Shown piece after piece: positions 9,787 to 19,050 of a stretch of DNA of 64,000 bases (within the stretch, counting starts at the first letter, position 1; each line of letters opens with the position of its first letter). A program made the position numbers and the translations under genes. The stretch spans positions 1,856,001 through 1,920,000 of the forward strand of contig OY969807.1 in NCBI GenBank assembly GCA_963703285.1. Reading direction: 5' to 3'. A model generated the notes under the pieces. The model worked only from the letters and a program-made list of their open reading frames with translations, was not told the DNA's origin and searched no databases. The stretch comes from an uncultured Nitrososphaerota archaeon. GTDB lineage: Archaea > Thermoproteota > Nitrososphaeria > Nitrososphaerales > Gagatemarchaeaceae.

Positions 9787-10740
9787 CTATATCCCGAGGG
9801 CGACCCTGAGGTTCTTGTACCTGTTCCTGATCGTGACCTCGGTCACACCAGCGGCCCTGGCGATGTCGCGCTGGGTCTTATCCTCCCCGGAGAGCGTGCT
9901 GGCGACGTAGAGCGCCGAAGCCGCCAATCCCACGGGGTCCTTGCCAGCCGCGACGCCGAGCTGCCTCGCCTTGGCCAGTATCTCGAGGGCCCTCCTCCTC
10001 GTCCTCTCGCCAGCCTCGACCCTCGAGGCTATCTTAGCGACCGACTTGGCAGGGTCGGGCACCGGCATCTTGATGTCCATCTCCCTGACGAGCAGCCTGT
10101 ACGACCTCGCGAGGTCCTTCCTGCTTATGTTCGCGACGTTGGAAACGTCCTTCAGCGTCCTCGGGATTTCGCTGTCCCTGCAGGCGGCGTAGAGAGACGC
10201 GGCGATCATCTCTGTGATAGACCTCCCCCTAATCAGACCCCTCTCCAGCGCCTTCCGGTAGATGTACGCCGCCCGCTCCACAATCTCCTCCGAGAGCGAG
10301 AGTTTGTCGGCGAACGTGCGCAGTTGCACGAAGGCCTTGCCCATGTTCCTGTCCGACGACTCGTGCATCTGGGACCTCCTGTCCCAGGTCCTGAGCCTCT
10401 CCACGGTAGTCCTCATCGAGCCAGTAAGGGGTCTGCCCGTCGAGTCCCTGTTGGCGGGACCTATCGTCGTCGAAAGTCCCATGTCGTGAGAGGCTATCGA
10501 TGTGGGGAGCCCCGCCCGGCTCTCGTCCTTCGACTCGTTATTGCCCGAGGACCTCCACTCGGGCCCCGTGTCCTCTATCTTCTCCTTCAGGACATATCCG
10601 CAGTTACCGCAAATCAGCTCGCCGCTCTCGGAATCAAAGACCATCTTGCCGGTCCCGCACCTGGGACACTTATTGAGAGCCCGCTGAATCCTGAGCTGCC
10701 TCGCCATGTCACCCGTCGATGTCTGCATTTCTATAACCAT
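9787..10740 (-). CDS. tfb: Transcription initiation factor IIB (TFB), paralogue 1
   Basis: Zn ribbon CPRC...CGNCG, GPEWR, two cyclin repeats, GVTEVTIRNRYK; ATG 10740 chosen from TATA spacing. Confidence 0.95.
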   Translation of the reverse strand: MVIEMQTSTGDMARQLRIQRALNKCPRCGTGKMVFDSESGELICGNCGYVLKEKIEDTGPEWRSSGNNESKDESRAGLPTSIASHDMGLSTTIGPANRDSTGRPLTGSMRTTVERLRTWDRRSQMHESSDRNMGKAFVQLRTFADKLSLSEEIVERAAYIYRKALERGLIRGRSITEMIAASLYAACRDSEIPRTLKDVSNVANISRKDLARSYRLLVREMDIKMPVPDPAKSVAKIASRVEAGERTRRRALEILAKARQLGVAAGKDPVGLAASALYVASTLSGEDKTQRDIARAAGVTEVTIRNRYKNLRVALGI

Positions 10741-10757
10741 TGTTATGAGCTCCAAAA

Positions 10758-10773
10758 CAAGTATTTATACTTG
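10758..10773 (-). promoter_or_regulatory. TATA box of tfb embedded in a CAAGTA-N4-TACTTG palindrome
   Basis: Minus strand CAAGTATAAATACTTG, about 25 nt upstream of ATG 10740. Confidence 0.5.
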
Positions 10774-11011
10774 GTAGTCATCTGAAACTTACTACGGTCG
10801 CTTTACCTTGCTTGGTACAGGCATACTTACCACTAGGAATGGCGGGACTTGTCGAAATATCCTGCGACACCGGAAATGATTGTTGATAGAATTCTGGATA
10901 TCTGGAGCAAAATAAATAATACCTTAATGGTCTCCCAATCAGACGGCTCGAGAGATAGAATCTACTCAACAGTCTACGGACTAGACGTCGACGCTGATAT
11001 GAATATGGGTA

Positions 11012-12196
11012 CTATGTTTCCTTCGAGAACTCCAGGGCGACCGCCGCTAGAGAGACTGAACCATATTTCAGCACGTCCTCGTCAACCTTGAACCTTGAAC
11101 TGTGGTTGGGGGCGGTGCACCCCTTCGAGACGTTGGTCGTGCCGAGGTACCAGAAGACTCCAGGGGCCTTCTGGAGGAATCTGGACATGTCCTCACCTCC
11201 GAGCCTCTGGTCCATCAGTTTGGTCTTGGCGCCCCGGATCCTCCTGAGGACCCGTACCACCCTCTCCGCAGCTCTCTCGTCGTTGTAGGTCACCGGGTAG
11301 GGGTCCTTCTTGAACTCTATCTCGCACTTCGCCCCATAGGCGCGGCAGGTCGAGCTGACCACCTGCTTGATGTCGGCGAGGGCCTTCGTCCGCGTCTCCC
11401 TCTCCAGGGTCCGCATGGTGCCCTCAAGGACGACCTCGTCGGGGATTATGTTGTCCTTCGTGCCGCCGTGTATGCTGCAGACAGATATCACGAACGGCCT
11501 TATCGGGTTGACCATCCTTGAGGAGACCCCCTGCAGCGCTATTGTCACCTGTGCAGCCACGTAGACAGGGTCGACCGTCTTGTGGGGCGCCGACCCGTGG
11601 CCGCCCCTGCCTATCACCCTGATCCTGAAACCGTCGGGCCTGGCCATGAAGGCGCCCCCCCTCACCCCGAAGGTGGCCGAGGGGAAGTCGCTCGCGATGT
11701 GGAGACCGAAGACGTTGTCGACGTGGGGGTTCTCCATCGCCCCCGCCTCGATCATCGGCTTGGCCCCTCCTCTCCCCCCGTCCTCCTCGGCCGGCTGGAA
11801 GAGGAACTTGACGTCGCCTGCCAGCTCGCGCTTGTGCTTCACGAGGAGCATCGCCGCTCCGAGTAGCATGGCGACATGGGTGTCGTGTCCGCAGGCGTGC
11901 ATAACCCCCTTCCTCTTCGACCTGAACTCGACGTCGACGTTCTCTTGCACAGGGAGGGCGTCCATGTCCGCCCTGAGCGCGACTACGCGGCCCTTCTTCC
12001 CGGTCCTCAGGATTCCGACGACGCCCGTCCCTCCGACGCGCGTCTTCACCTCTATCCCCAGCGACTTCAACTCCTTTGCCACGAGCGCCGCCGTCGCCGT
12101 CTCGTGATAGGCGAGCTCTGGCTTCTGGTGGATCGTCCTCCTGATCTCTATGATCCGAGGTTCGACCCGCTTGACCTCGTCGATGAGGCTCGGCAC
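11012..12196 (-). CDS. M20D amidohydrolase/carboxypeptidase
   Basis: HQKPELAY, ALRADMDALP, MHACGHDTH, FQPAEE, GGHGSAPH. Confidence 0.92.
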   Translation of the reverse strand: MPSLIDEVKRVEPRIIEIRRTIHQKPELAYHETATAALVAKELKSLGIEVKTRVGGTGVVGILRTGKKGRVVALRADMDALPVQENVDVEFRSKRKGVMHACGHDTHVAMLLGAAMLLVKHKRELAGDVKFLFQPAEEDGGRGGAKPMIEAGAMENPHVDNVFGLHIASDFPSATFGVRGGAFMARPDGFRIRVIGRGGHGSAPHKTVDPVYVAAQVTIALQGVSSRMVNPIRPFVISVCSIHGGTKDNIIPDEVVLEGTMRTLERETRTKALADIKQVVSSTCRAYGAKCEIEFKKDPYPVTYNDERAAERVVRVLRRIRGAKTKLMDQRLGGEDMSRFLQKAPGVFWYLGTTNVSKGCTAPNHSSRFKVDEDVLKYGSVSLAAVALEFSKET

Positions 12197-12385
12197 GGGC
12201 TAACATCTCCGGGCGGCCGATAAATTAGTTGCGATGCAGGCCGAAAAGATTCGAGTTGCGAAGCCTGATCACGAGAGTAGAGCACAAGCGAACACATGGA
12301 CCAAAGCCTGGACGCCGCGCCCAACCATCGCCCAGGCGTTTGGTTGGCGCCGGGGGTGGCCGGTGTTCACGAACTCTCTCTCAGC

Positions 12386-13153
12386 TCAGGTCCACCCGCC
12401 CAGCATCCCGCCGTCCACGGCGACGACGCTTCCGGTCACGAAGGACGAGTCGTCCGACGCAAGGAAGAGGGCCACCTTGGCGACCTCCTCCGGGTCGCCT
12501 ATCCTTCCGAGCGCGTGCTTGCGGGCCAGCTCGGCCTCGGCTTCCTTGGGGTTGGGAGCTTTGCTCGGGATGTCCCTCAGCATCGGGGTCTCTATCGCCC
12601 CGGGGCAGATGCAGTTCACCCGGACGTTGTCCTTGGCGAAGTCCATCGCCGTCGCCCTCGTGAGCATCAGCACGCCGCCCTTCGAGGCGTCGTAGGCTGC
12701 CTCGTCCCTCATCGCCATGAGAGAGTTTATCGATCCGGTATTGATTATCACACCCCTCTTCTGCTTGATCATGTGCGGCAGCGCGTACCTCGTGCAGAGG
12801 AAGGTCCCGTTGATGTTCGTGTCTATGACCTCTCTCCACTCCTTCTCGGAGGTGGTCAGGACGGTGCCCACCGGAGAGAGAGCAGCGTTGTTGAAGAGGA
12901 TGTCCACCCTTCCGAACGTCGCGATGGTCTTCTCTACCATCGCCCTGGCGTCGGAGCTCTTCGAGACGTCCGTCTTCACGAAGATCGCCCTACCGCCGTG
13001 TTCGGTGATCTCGTCGACGACCTTCTTCCCTCTGGCTGCGTTCCTCCCGGCCACGACGACCTTGGCGCCCTCCCTCGCGAAGAGCAGGGCGGTGGCCCGG
13101 TCTATGCCCGAGTTTCCTCCGGTGATTATCGCGACCCTTCCCTTCAACCTCAT
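12386..13153 (-). CDS. Short-chain dehydrogenase/reductase
   Basis: TGGNSGID, NNAA, YDASK, VNCICPG. Confidence 0.9.
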   Translation of the reverse strand: MRLKGRVAIITGGNSGIDRATALLFAREGAKVVVAGRNAARGKKVVDEITEHGGRAIFVKTDVSKSSDARAMVEKTIATFGRVDILFNNAALSPVGTVLTTSEKEWREVIDTNINGTFLCTRYALPHMIKQKRGVIINTGSINSLMAMRDEAAYDASKGGVLMLTRATAMDFAKDNVRVNCICPGAIETPMLRDIPSKAPNPKEAEAELARKHALGRIGDPEEVAKVALFLASDDSSFVTGSVVAVDGGMLGGWT

Positions 13154-13219
13154 GGGCCTGCGTGGGGTACAGGGGGCTAACGAATACTTCTGAACGGCGA
13201 CGTAAACAGAACCCGGGCG

Positions 13220-14179
13220 GTGGGCACGGCTATCGCAAGGGCGGGTCTTGATGGGCGCGTATATACCGTAACCCGCTCTCTTCTCGTGGGTGCTCCTCCG
13301 CGGACTCTAGCCAGGGTGCTTTCCCTGCCTCGGAGAAGGACTATCCCTCTTGCGCTCAGAGTCGAACTCTACGGGCGAGCGAGAGAACTCAGAAGAAGTG
13401 GACTGGCCTATTTCAAGATCGCAGAGGCTTTGGAAAGACAATACAACATACGACCGTCGAAGGGCCAGCTCTCGGAGTGGCTCCGAGGAATTCACGGACC
13501 GCTCGGGAGCGCGAACAACTTCTCCGCTGAGCCGACTCCCGAACTCGCATACGTGATCGGTGTGACGCTGGGGGACGGCTCCCTCAATCGCAAGGGCTAC
13601 AACCGGCGAATCAGGCTCCAATCCGTCGACCTGGATTTTGTGTTGGAGTTCGACCGCTGCCTCTCCAAGGTGCTGGGCACCCGTAGGCACACGCCGTGGT
13701 TCGACACGAAGAGGAGAGAGATACACATCGAGGCCAGCAGCGTCCTTCTCCACGCCTTCCTAAACCGACCTTGGGAACGGCTCAAGCCTTGGATAACCCA
13801 CTGTAAAGCTTGCGTCTCAATGTTTCTGAAAGGGTTCTTCGATTCCGAATGTTCCGTGTCAAAAGACGGAAGCATTAGGTGCTATAACTCTGAAGTTAGG
13901 ATTCTGAGATTTGCCCGTCATCTTCTTGGGACTTTCTTCGGAGTAGAATCCACTGGACCGCGCATCTACACGAAGAGGGGTACCAAGATGTCGAATAGGG
14001 GACGGAGCTACTTCAGAAGACACAATTGCTATTACATTTATATCAGAGCGGCATCACTTGCAAGATTCTATCACGACGTCGGTCTTACGATACGGAGGAA
14101 GAAGATTCGACTTGAAGCCAAACTGGAAGTGCATTCGGCACAACCAAAGTTTCTGGTAAGCCAAGAGCGCCGGGGGTAG
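13220..14179 (+). CDS. Free-standing LAGLIDADG (DOD)-type endonuclease with N-terminal HTH-like region
   Basis: LAYVIGVTLGDGSL and FLKGFFDSEC motifs; start uncertain; stop overlaps the tRNA 3' end. Confidence 0.8.
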   Translation: MGTAIARAGLDGRVYTVTRSLLVGAPPRTLARVLSLPRRRTIPLALRVELYGRARELRRSGLAYFKIAEALERQYNIRPSKGQLSEWLRGIHGPLGSANNFSAEPTPELAYVIGVTLGDGSLNRKGYNRRIRLQSVDLDFVLEFDRCLSKVLGTRRHTPWFDTKRREIHIEASSVLLHAFLNRPWERLKPWITHCKACVSMFLKGFFDSECSVSKDGSIRCYNSEVRILRFARHLLGTFFGVESTGPRIYTKRGTKMSNRGRSYFRRHNCYYIYIRAASLARFYHDVGLTIRRKKIRLEAKLEVHSAQPKFLVSQERRG

Positions 14180-14296
14180 GATTCGAACCCACGAGACCCG
14201 GATGGGTCACAGGCTGACTTTGGTGCTACTCAAGGCCCGCGCATTACTGTGGAGGTGAATAGACCACTCTGCTTTCAGGCTCCAGTGAACCCCGGC
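14168..14296 (-). tRNA. tRNA-Ser(TGA) with three introns (14288-14274 at 8/9; 14261-14247 in the D-loop; 14228-14216 at 37/38)
   Basis: Acceptor GCCGGGG/CCCCGGC + G73; T-arm GTGGG-TTCGAAT-CCTAC; long variable arm; anticodon arm CGGGC-CTTGAGA-GCCTG and D-arm appear only after removing three inserts. Confidence 0.88.
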
Positions 14297-14381
14297 ATTC
14301 CCCGGCGTCATCGGACTGTCTCTGCCTCTTGATAAGGAGTAAGCTGTTAACATTATTATCCGCAGTCTGGAACGCACCCCC

Positions 14382-15275
14382 ATGGGTTCGGAGATTCAGA
14401 GGGTCGCCGTCCTGGGGGCGGGTTTGATGGGCCACGGCATCGCGCAGGTCTGCGCTCAGACGGCCGGATACGAGGTCATCCTGCTAGACGTGAATCGGGA
14501 GCTCGTCGAGAGGGGTCTGCTGATGATCCGAGAGAGCCTCTCGAGGTTCGTTGAGAAGGGCGCCATCACGCCCTCGGAGGCGGGGAAGATCATCGCAAGG
14601 ATAAACACCACGACCGACCTGCAGTACGCCGTCGAAGGCTCGCAGCTGGTGATCGAGGCCGCCACCGAGGACCCCGAGCTCAAGCTCGACCTTTTCGGGC
14701 GCGTCGCCGAGGTCATAGGACCCGGGACGGTGCTGGCGTCGAACACCTCCTCAATCAGCATCACGCTCCTCGGGTCGGCATCCAGGGACCCAAGTAAGGT
14801 CGTCGGCATGCACTTCTTCAACCCGCCCCAGCTCATGCCCCTCATAGAGATAGTGAGGGGCGCGAAGACCTCGGACGAGACAGTCGAGTTCGTGAGGGCC
14901 GCCGCCACATCGATGAAAAAGGAGACCGTCCTCTGCAAGAAGGACTCTCCCGGCTTCATCGTCAACCGCATCCTCGTCCCCGCCCTGAACGAGGCCACCC
15001 TGCTCGTGAACGAGGGCGTGGCCGACCCGGAGGACATCGACAAGGCGATACGTCTCGGATTGAACTGGCCGATGGGCCCGCTGAGGCTCCTCGACTACGT
15101 CGGCCTGGACACGACGCTCAACATCTCCGAGGTCTTCATGTCGGAGTTCGAGGACAGCAAATATCGACCGTCGCCCCTCATAAGGCAGATGGTGAGAGCG
15201 GGCCTCCTGGGGAGAAAATCCGGCAAGGGGTTCTACGACTGGGGGTCTCCCTCTTCCACTAGGCCGAAAGCCTAG
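14382..15275 (+). CDS. hbd: 3-hydroxybutyryl-CoA / 3-hydroxyacyl-CoA dehydrogenase
   Basis: GAGLMGHGIAQ, SNTSS, GMHFFNP, PGFIVNR, LGRKSGKGFY. Confidence 0.92.
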   Translation: MGSEIQRVAVLGAGLMGHGIAQVCAQTAGYEVILLDVNRELVERGLLMIRESLSRFVEKGAITPSEAGKIIARINTTTDLQYAVEGSQLVIEAATEDPELKLDLFGRVAEVIGPGTVLASNTSSISITLLGSASRDPSKVVGMHFFNPPQLMPLIEIVRGAKTSDETVEFVRAAATSMKKETVLCKKDSPGFIVNRILVPALNEATLLVNEGVADPEDIDKAIRLGLNWPMGPLRLLDYVGLDTTLNISEVFMSEFEDSKYRPSPLIRQMVRAGLLGRKSGKGFYDWGSPSSTRPKA

Positions 15276-15660
15276 ACCTGAGGGCCTCGGGGATCGGCAT
15301 CGGCTTGCCGTCCTTCCCCACGACCACGTGGACGGTGTGGCCGGTGCATAGCGGCTCCATCTCGGGTAGCCTGAAGACCTCGTTCTCGAAGGTGACGCTC
15401 GTCCTGCCCATGTGCCTCAGCCGCGTCCTGACGAGCAACTCGTCGTCGAACCGCGCGGGAGCCTTGTAGTTGGCCTTCGCCTCCACGACGGGGATGAAGA
15501 TCCCCATCTCCTCGATGTCCCTGTACACGATGCCCCTAGACCTGAGAAGCTCCACCCTCCCCGACTCGAACCAGACGAAAAAATTCGCGTAGTACACGAC
15601 GTGCATTGTGTCCGTGTCCGCGTAGCGGACCCTGACCTTGATTTCGTGCTCGACGACCAA
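15259..15660 (-). CDS. Acyl-CoA thioesterase (YbgC/4-HBT family)
   Basis: VRYADTDTMHVVYYANFFVWFE hotdog-fold motif. Confidence 0.88.
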   Translation of the reverse strand: MVVEHEIKVRVRYADTDTMHVVYYANFFVWFESGRVELLRSRGIVYRDIEEMGIFIPVVEAKANYKAPARFDDELLVRTRLRHMGRTSVTFENEVFRLPEMEPLCTGHTVHVVVGKDGKPMPIPEALRSRLSA

Positions 15661-15773
15661 AGACGACGCTCGCGCCGGGCCGCGTGGCCGCTAGGCTTTT
15701 TGCGTTCTGGCTGCGCAGGCCGACCGACCAGCAAATCTTATCTCGCCTCGCCGACGGCAGTCGCCGCCCATTC

Positions 15774-16244
15774 ATGGTCGTCTACAGGCGAGCCAACCGG
15801 CAGTACGTCGCGATGTCCGAGGACGAGGTCTGGAGGTTCCTCGAGTCGCAGACGAAGATCTACGCGGGGTTCCCGATGGAGGACGGATACCCACACGTCT
15901 CCCCCATCTGGTTCTGCGTGGAGAACAGGACCATCTACCTGAGGACCCACGACTACAAGACGAAGACGAGGCTCGCTCGCGCAGGGAAGGCCTGCTGCGT
16001 CGCCGACGACGGCTTCCTGTACAGGGAGCTGAGGGGGGTCATAGTGTGGGGAAAATCGAGGGTGATAACCGACCCGAAGTTGATCGAGCACATCAACGGG
16101 ATACTGGACAGGAAGTACGCCGAGCAGCAGTGGAAGCCCTCCGAGATGCCCCGCAGCTGGGTAGAGGAGAGGAGGAAGGAGAGGCGGGCGTTCATCGAGG
16201 TCAGGCCGGAGAGGATAGACTCCTGGGACAACGGTAAGGTCTAA
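15774..16244 (+). CDS. Pyridoxamine 5'-phosphate oxidase-like flavin/F420-binding protein
   Basis: MSEDEVWRFL...DGYPHVSPIWF...LRGVIVWG...SWD. Confidence 0.8.
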   Translation: MVVYRRANRQYVAMSEDEVWRFLESQTKIYAGFPMEDGYPHVSPIWFCVENRTIYLRTHDYKTKTRLARAGKACCVADDGFLYRELRGVIVWGKSRVITDPKLIEHINGILDRKYAEQQWKPSEMPRSWVEERRKERRAFIEVRPERIDSWDNGKV

Positions 16245-16816
16245 TCGAGCTCCCAGACCTCATCCTCGACCCCCTCCAGTACGTTGGCAGACCTCGCCGC
16301 GTTGAAGAGGTACGTCGAGAGCCTGTTGAGGAACGGCACCATCTCGGGGTTGACGTCCTCCTTCTTGGAGAGCGAGACGACCGTCCTCTCGGCCCTCCTG
16401 CACACCGAGCGGGCGAGATGGAGGTTTGCGGAGAGGGCGCTCCCGCCGGGGAGGATGAACTTGGTAAGGCTCGGGAGCTTCGCCTGCAGCCCGTCGATCA
16501 TGGCCTCGAGCTTCCCGACGTCCTCCTTCCCGATGCGGGGAACCCTGTCCTGACGACCGCCCGTGGGACGTTCCGACGCCAGGTCCGCCCCGGCGACGAA
16601 GAGCCTCCCCTGCACCCACCTCAGGTCCCTTGAGACCTCTTCCTGCACGCTGCTCGCGACGGCGACCCCGATGCAGCTGTTGAGCTCGTCCACCGTCCCG
16701 TAGGCCTCGACCCTCTGGGAGTCCTTCGCGACCCTCTTGGAGCCGTAGAGCCCGGTCTCGCCCCTGTCTCCCCCCCGAGTGTACATCTGGGTTTCGCTTT
16801 CTTGTCTTTTAATCAA
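16241..16816 (-). CDS. pduO: ATP:cob(I)alamin adenosyltransferase, PduO type
   Basis: YTRGGDRGET, EAYGTVDELNS, FILPGG, RSVCRRAER, FLNRLS. Confidence 0.92.
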   Translation of the reverse strand: MIKRQESETQMYTRGGDRGETGLYGSKRVAKDSQRVEAYGTVDELNSCIGVAVASSVQEEVSRDLRWVQGRLFVAGADLASERPTGGRQDRVPRIGKEDVGKLEAMIDGLQAKLPSLTKFILPGGSALSANLHLARSVCRRAERTVVSLSKKEDVNPEMVPFLNRLSTYLFNAARSANVLEGVEDEVWELD

Positions 16817-16902
16817 CTATTTTAGGCTTGGAGTCGCAACTTTTCTCGACCGAAGGGATATAATCTAACCTTGCGCAGACTCGAAAGTTGGTGTAAAGTT
16901 AA

Positions 16903-17322
16903 ACGACCGAATTCTCCACTGATGAAACTCACCTCTTCACGCCCCACGAGGCCGCGCGCATCCTGCCGGACCTGAAGCTCAGGCTCAAGGAGATAATCGA
17001 GCGCAAGAGGATTGCCGACGGTCTGAAGAACGAGATCGAGCGCTACGGCCTGGTCGGGTTCGAGACCCCGGAGCTTTTGCAGAAGACCCAGGAGCTCGAC
17101 GCCGTCGTGAAGGACCTTATGTCCCGGGTCGCTGAGCTGGAGGACCTCGGGGTCAGGGTGCGCGACATCGACACGGGCCTGATAGACTTCCCGGCAATCA
17201 GGTTCGGGAACACCGTCTACCTCTGCTGGAGGTACGGCGAGTCCGAGATCGAGTACTGGCACAACGCCAACGAGGGTTTCAGCGGCAGGAAGTCCCTGAG
17301 GCAGCAGGTCATCTCCCAATAA
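16903..17322 (+). CDS. DUF2203-family protein, probable ACG start
   Basis: GLIDFPA...YLCWRYGE...WH...GFSGR; the frame extends upstream through HLFTPHEAARILP to ACG 16903, directly after TAA. Confidence 0.75.
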   Translation, partial: TTEFSTDETHLFTPHEAARILPDLKLRLKEIIERKRIADGLKNEIERYGLVGFETPELLQKTQELDAVVKDLMSRVAELEDLGVRVRDIDTGLIDFPAIRFGNTVYLCWRYGESEIEYWHNANEGFSGRKSLRQQVISQ

Positions 17323-17371
17323 CCGCGCGACGAAACGATTAGGTTTTGTATCAGCACTTCCAGGACGTTCC

Positions 17372-17848
17372 ATGGAACCCTCTGTGGACGAGATCAAGGA
17401 AGGGTCCCCGGCGCCCGACTTCACCCTCCCCTCCTCGACCGGGAAGGACGTCGCGCTGAGCGGGCTGCGCGGCAGGAAGGTGGTGCTCTACTTCTATCCT
17501 AAGGACGACACCGCGGGCTGCACCAAGGAGGCCTGCTCCTTCAGGGACAACCTCCCCAACTTCAAGAAGCTGGACGCCGTCGTCCTTGGGGTCAGCAGGG
17601 ACTCCCTCGACTCGCACCAGAGCTTCATCAAGAAGTACGGCCTGAACTTTACCCTGCTCAGCGACGAGGACCTCAAGGTTCACCAGCTCTACGGCACGTG
17701 GAAGGAGAAGAACATGTACGGCAAGAAGTACATGGGCACCGAGCGCTCGACCTTCGTCATTGGCGAGGACGGCAGGATCAAGAAGATCTTCAGGAAGGTC
17801 AGCGTCGACGGCCACGAGAAGGAAGTCCTAGAGGCACTCTCCTCCTGA
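17372..17848 (+). CDS. bcp: Peroxiredoxin, BCP family
   Basis: APDFTL, YFYPKDDTAGCTKEACSFRD. Confidence 0.93.
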   Translation: MEPSVDEIKEGSPAPDFTLPSSTGKDVALSGLRGRKVVLYFYPKDDTAGCTKEACSFRDNLPNFKKLDAVVLGVSRDSLDSHQSFIKKYGLNFTLLSDEDLKVHQLYGTWKEKNMYGKKYMGTERSTFVIGEDGRIKKIFRKVSVDGHEKEVLEALSS

Positions 17849-17858
17849 GTGCACTGCG

Positions 17859-18557
17859 TTGGGTTCCTTTCTCGGAGGGCTCAAGGCGGGCGTCTTCGGG
17901 AGCATCTATCTCGCGGCGTCGATCTCCGTCTTCAACGCGCTGGTCCTCCTCTCCTTCAAGGGCGAGGTCCTCTCCGCGCTGGCGTCTAGCACCTCGCTCC
18001 AGTGCTCCTCCCCGCCCGCGGCGACCCAGTCCTGTTTCAACGACCTCCTCGTCCCCGGCATCCCGGAGTACGACTTCGTCCGGACCCTGATAGTCGCGAT
18101 ATTCTTCTCCGTCTCCATCGGGATGTACTTCGACTACATCCCCGGGGTGACCTACACGCGGAGGGCCGTCCTCGCATCCTTCGTCATGCTGATCGTGATG
18201 CTCTTCCTCGGGCTCTACGGCATCGTCGCCGACGCCCTCGAGGAGGTCCTCATGGTCTCCTTCGAACTCGTGGCCGTCACCGTCTTCGCGTTCATCTACG
18301 CGAGCCTCTACAGGCGCTTCACCCGCGAGGTAGAGTTCCAGAGCCAGAAGCCCGGTCTGAAGATACTGGTCGACAGGCGGGACCTGACGGGGAAGAAGCG
18401 GACGTTCACGACCAACTCGTCGCACAGGGTCGAGGCCCTCTCGGACGGGAAGCAGTTCAAGGGGTGGCTGGTCAGCGGCGGCGTCAGCGTCGAGAACGCG
18501 AAGGACCCCAAGACGAAGGTGAGGGTGGTCGGGGACGGCCTGCTGAAGGCCTCCTGA
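17859..18557 (+). CDS. Hypothetical membrane protein with C-terminal beta-rich domain
   Basis: About 4 TM segments followed by a soluble tail; follows bcp by 10 bp. Confidence 0.6.
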   Translation: MGSFLGGLKAGVFGSIYLAASISVFNALVLLSFKGEVLSALASSTSLQCSSPPAATQSCFNDLLVPGIPEYDFVRTLIVAIFFSVSIGMYFDYIPGVTYTRRAVLASFVMLIVMLFLGLYGIVADALEEVLMVSFELVAVTVFAFIYASLYRRFTREVEFQSQKPGLKILVDRRDLTGKKRTFTTNSSHRVEALSDGKQFKGWLVSGGVSVENAKDPKTKVRVVGDGLLKAS

Positions 18558-18565
18558 CGCTCCGC

Positions 18566-19048
18566 TCAGGGCTGGTGAGTGTCCTCGATGGCGAAGGTAT
18601 CGACGAGGGCCCTGAAGCCGCGCTTCGTGTAGAACTTGGACGCGATCTCGTTCCTCGCCGGGAAGTCAGCCACGATCATCTCTGCCCCCTTCTTCTTCAG
18701 GGTCTCCGACGCTCGCTGGAGCATGTCGTCGCCGAGGGCCCGCCTCCTCCACTCCGGCAGCACATAGAAGTCGGTGATCACGCCCTCCCGTGACGGCTCG
18801 TAGAACAGCCGGTCCATCAGTTCGGCCCTCAGTACCCCGAGGACCTTCGGACCCTCGGTTGCCACCAGGACGAGGCGGCCCGCCGTCTGCATGGACTCGC
18901 CGAGGTACCTCGTGGCCCTCTCCTTAGCGTCGTCGACGACCTTGAAGAGCGGGTCGAACTCGCCGTTGAGCCTCTTCATCCTGACGACCAGGTCAGCGGC
19001 CTGTTCGAGGTCCTCCTCCTTCGCCTCCCTTATCGTTACGCCTTCCAT
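18566..19048 (-). CDS. GNAT N-acetyltransferase
   Basis: IREAKEED...FYVLPEWRRRALG...FYTKRGF; ATG 19048 directly after the malic enzyme stop. Confidence 0.85.
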   Translation of the reverse strand: MEGVTIREAKEEDLEQAADLVVRMKRLNGEFDPLFKVVDDAKERATRYLGESMQTAGRLVLVATEGPKVLGVLRAELMDRLFYEPSREGVITDFYVLPEWRRRALGDDMLQRASETLKKKGAEMIVADFPARNEIASKFYTKRGFRALVDTFAIEDTHQP

Positions 19049-19050
19049 CT

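Noticed and set aside
10776-11010. AT-rich intergenic tract with short ORFs
   Set aside because: Most simply the tfb upstream regulatory region; the ORFs have no coding features and no RNA structure was recognised.
13220-14179. Intein or intron-encoded endonuclease
   Set aside because: No Cys/Ser start block, no His-Asn end and no flanking extein or RNA exon; the ORF lies outside the tRNA.
14168-14296. tRNA as the integration site of a larger island
   Set aside because: No duplicated tRNA 3' end or integrase was found in the window.
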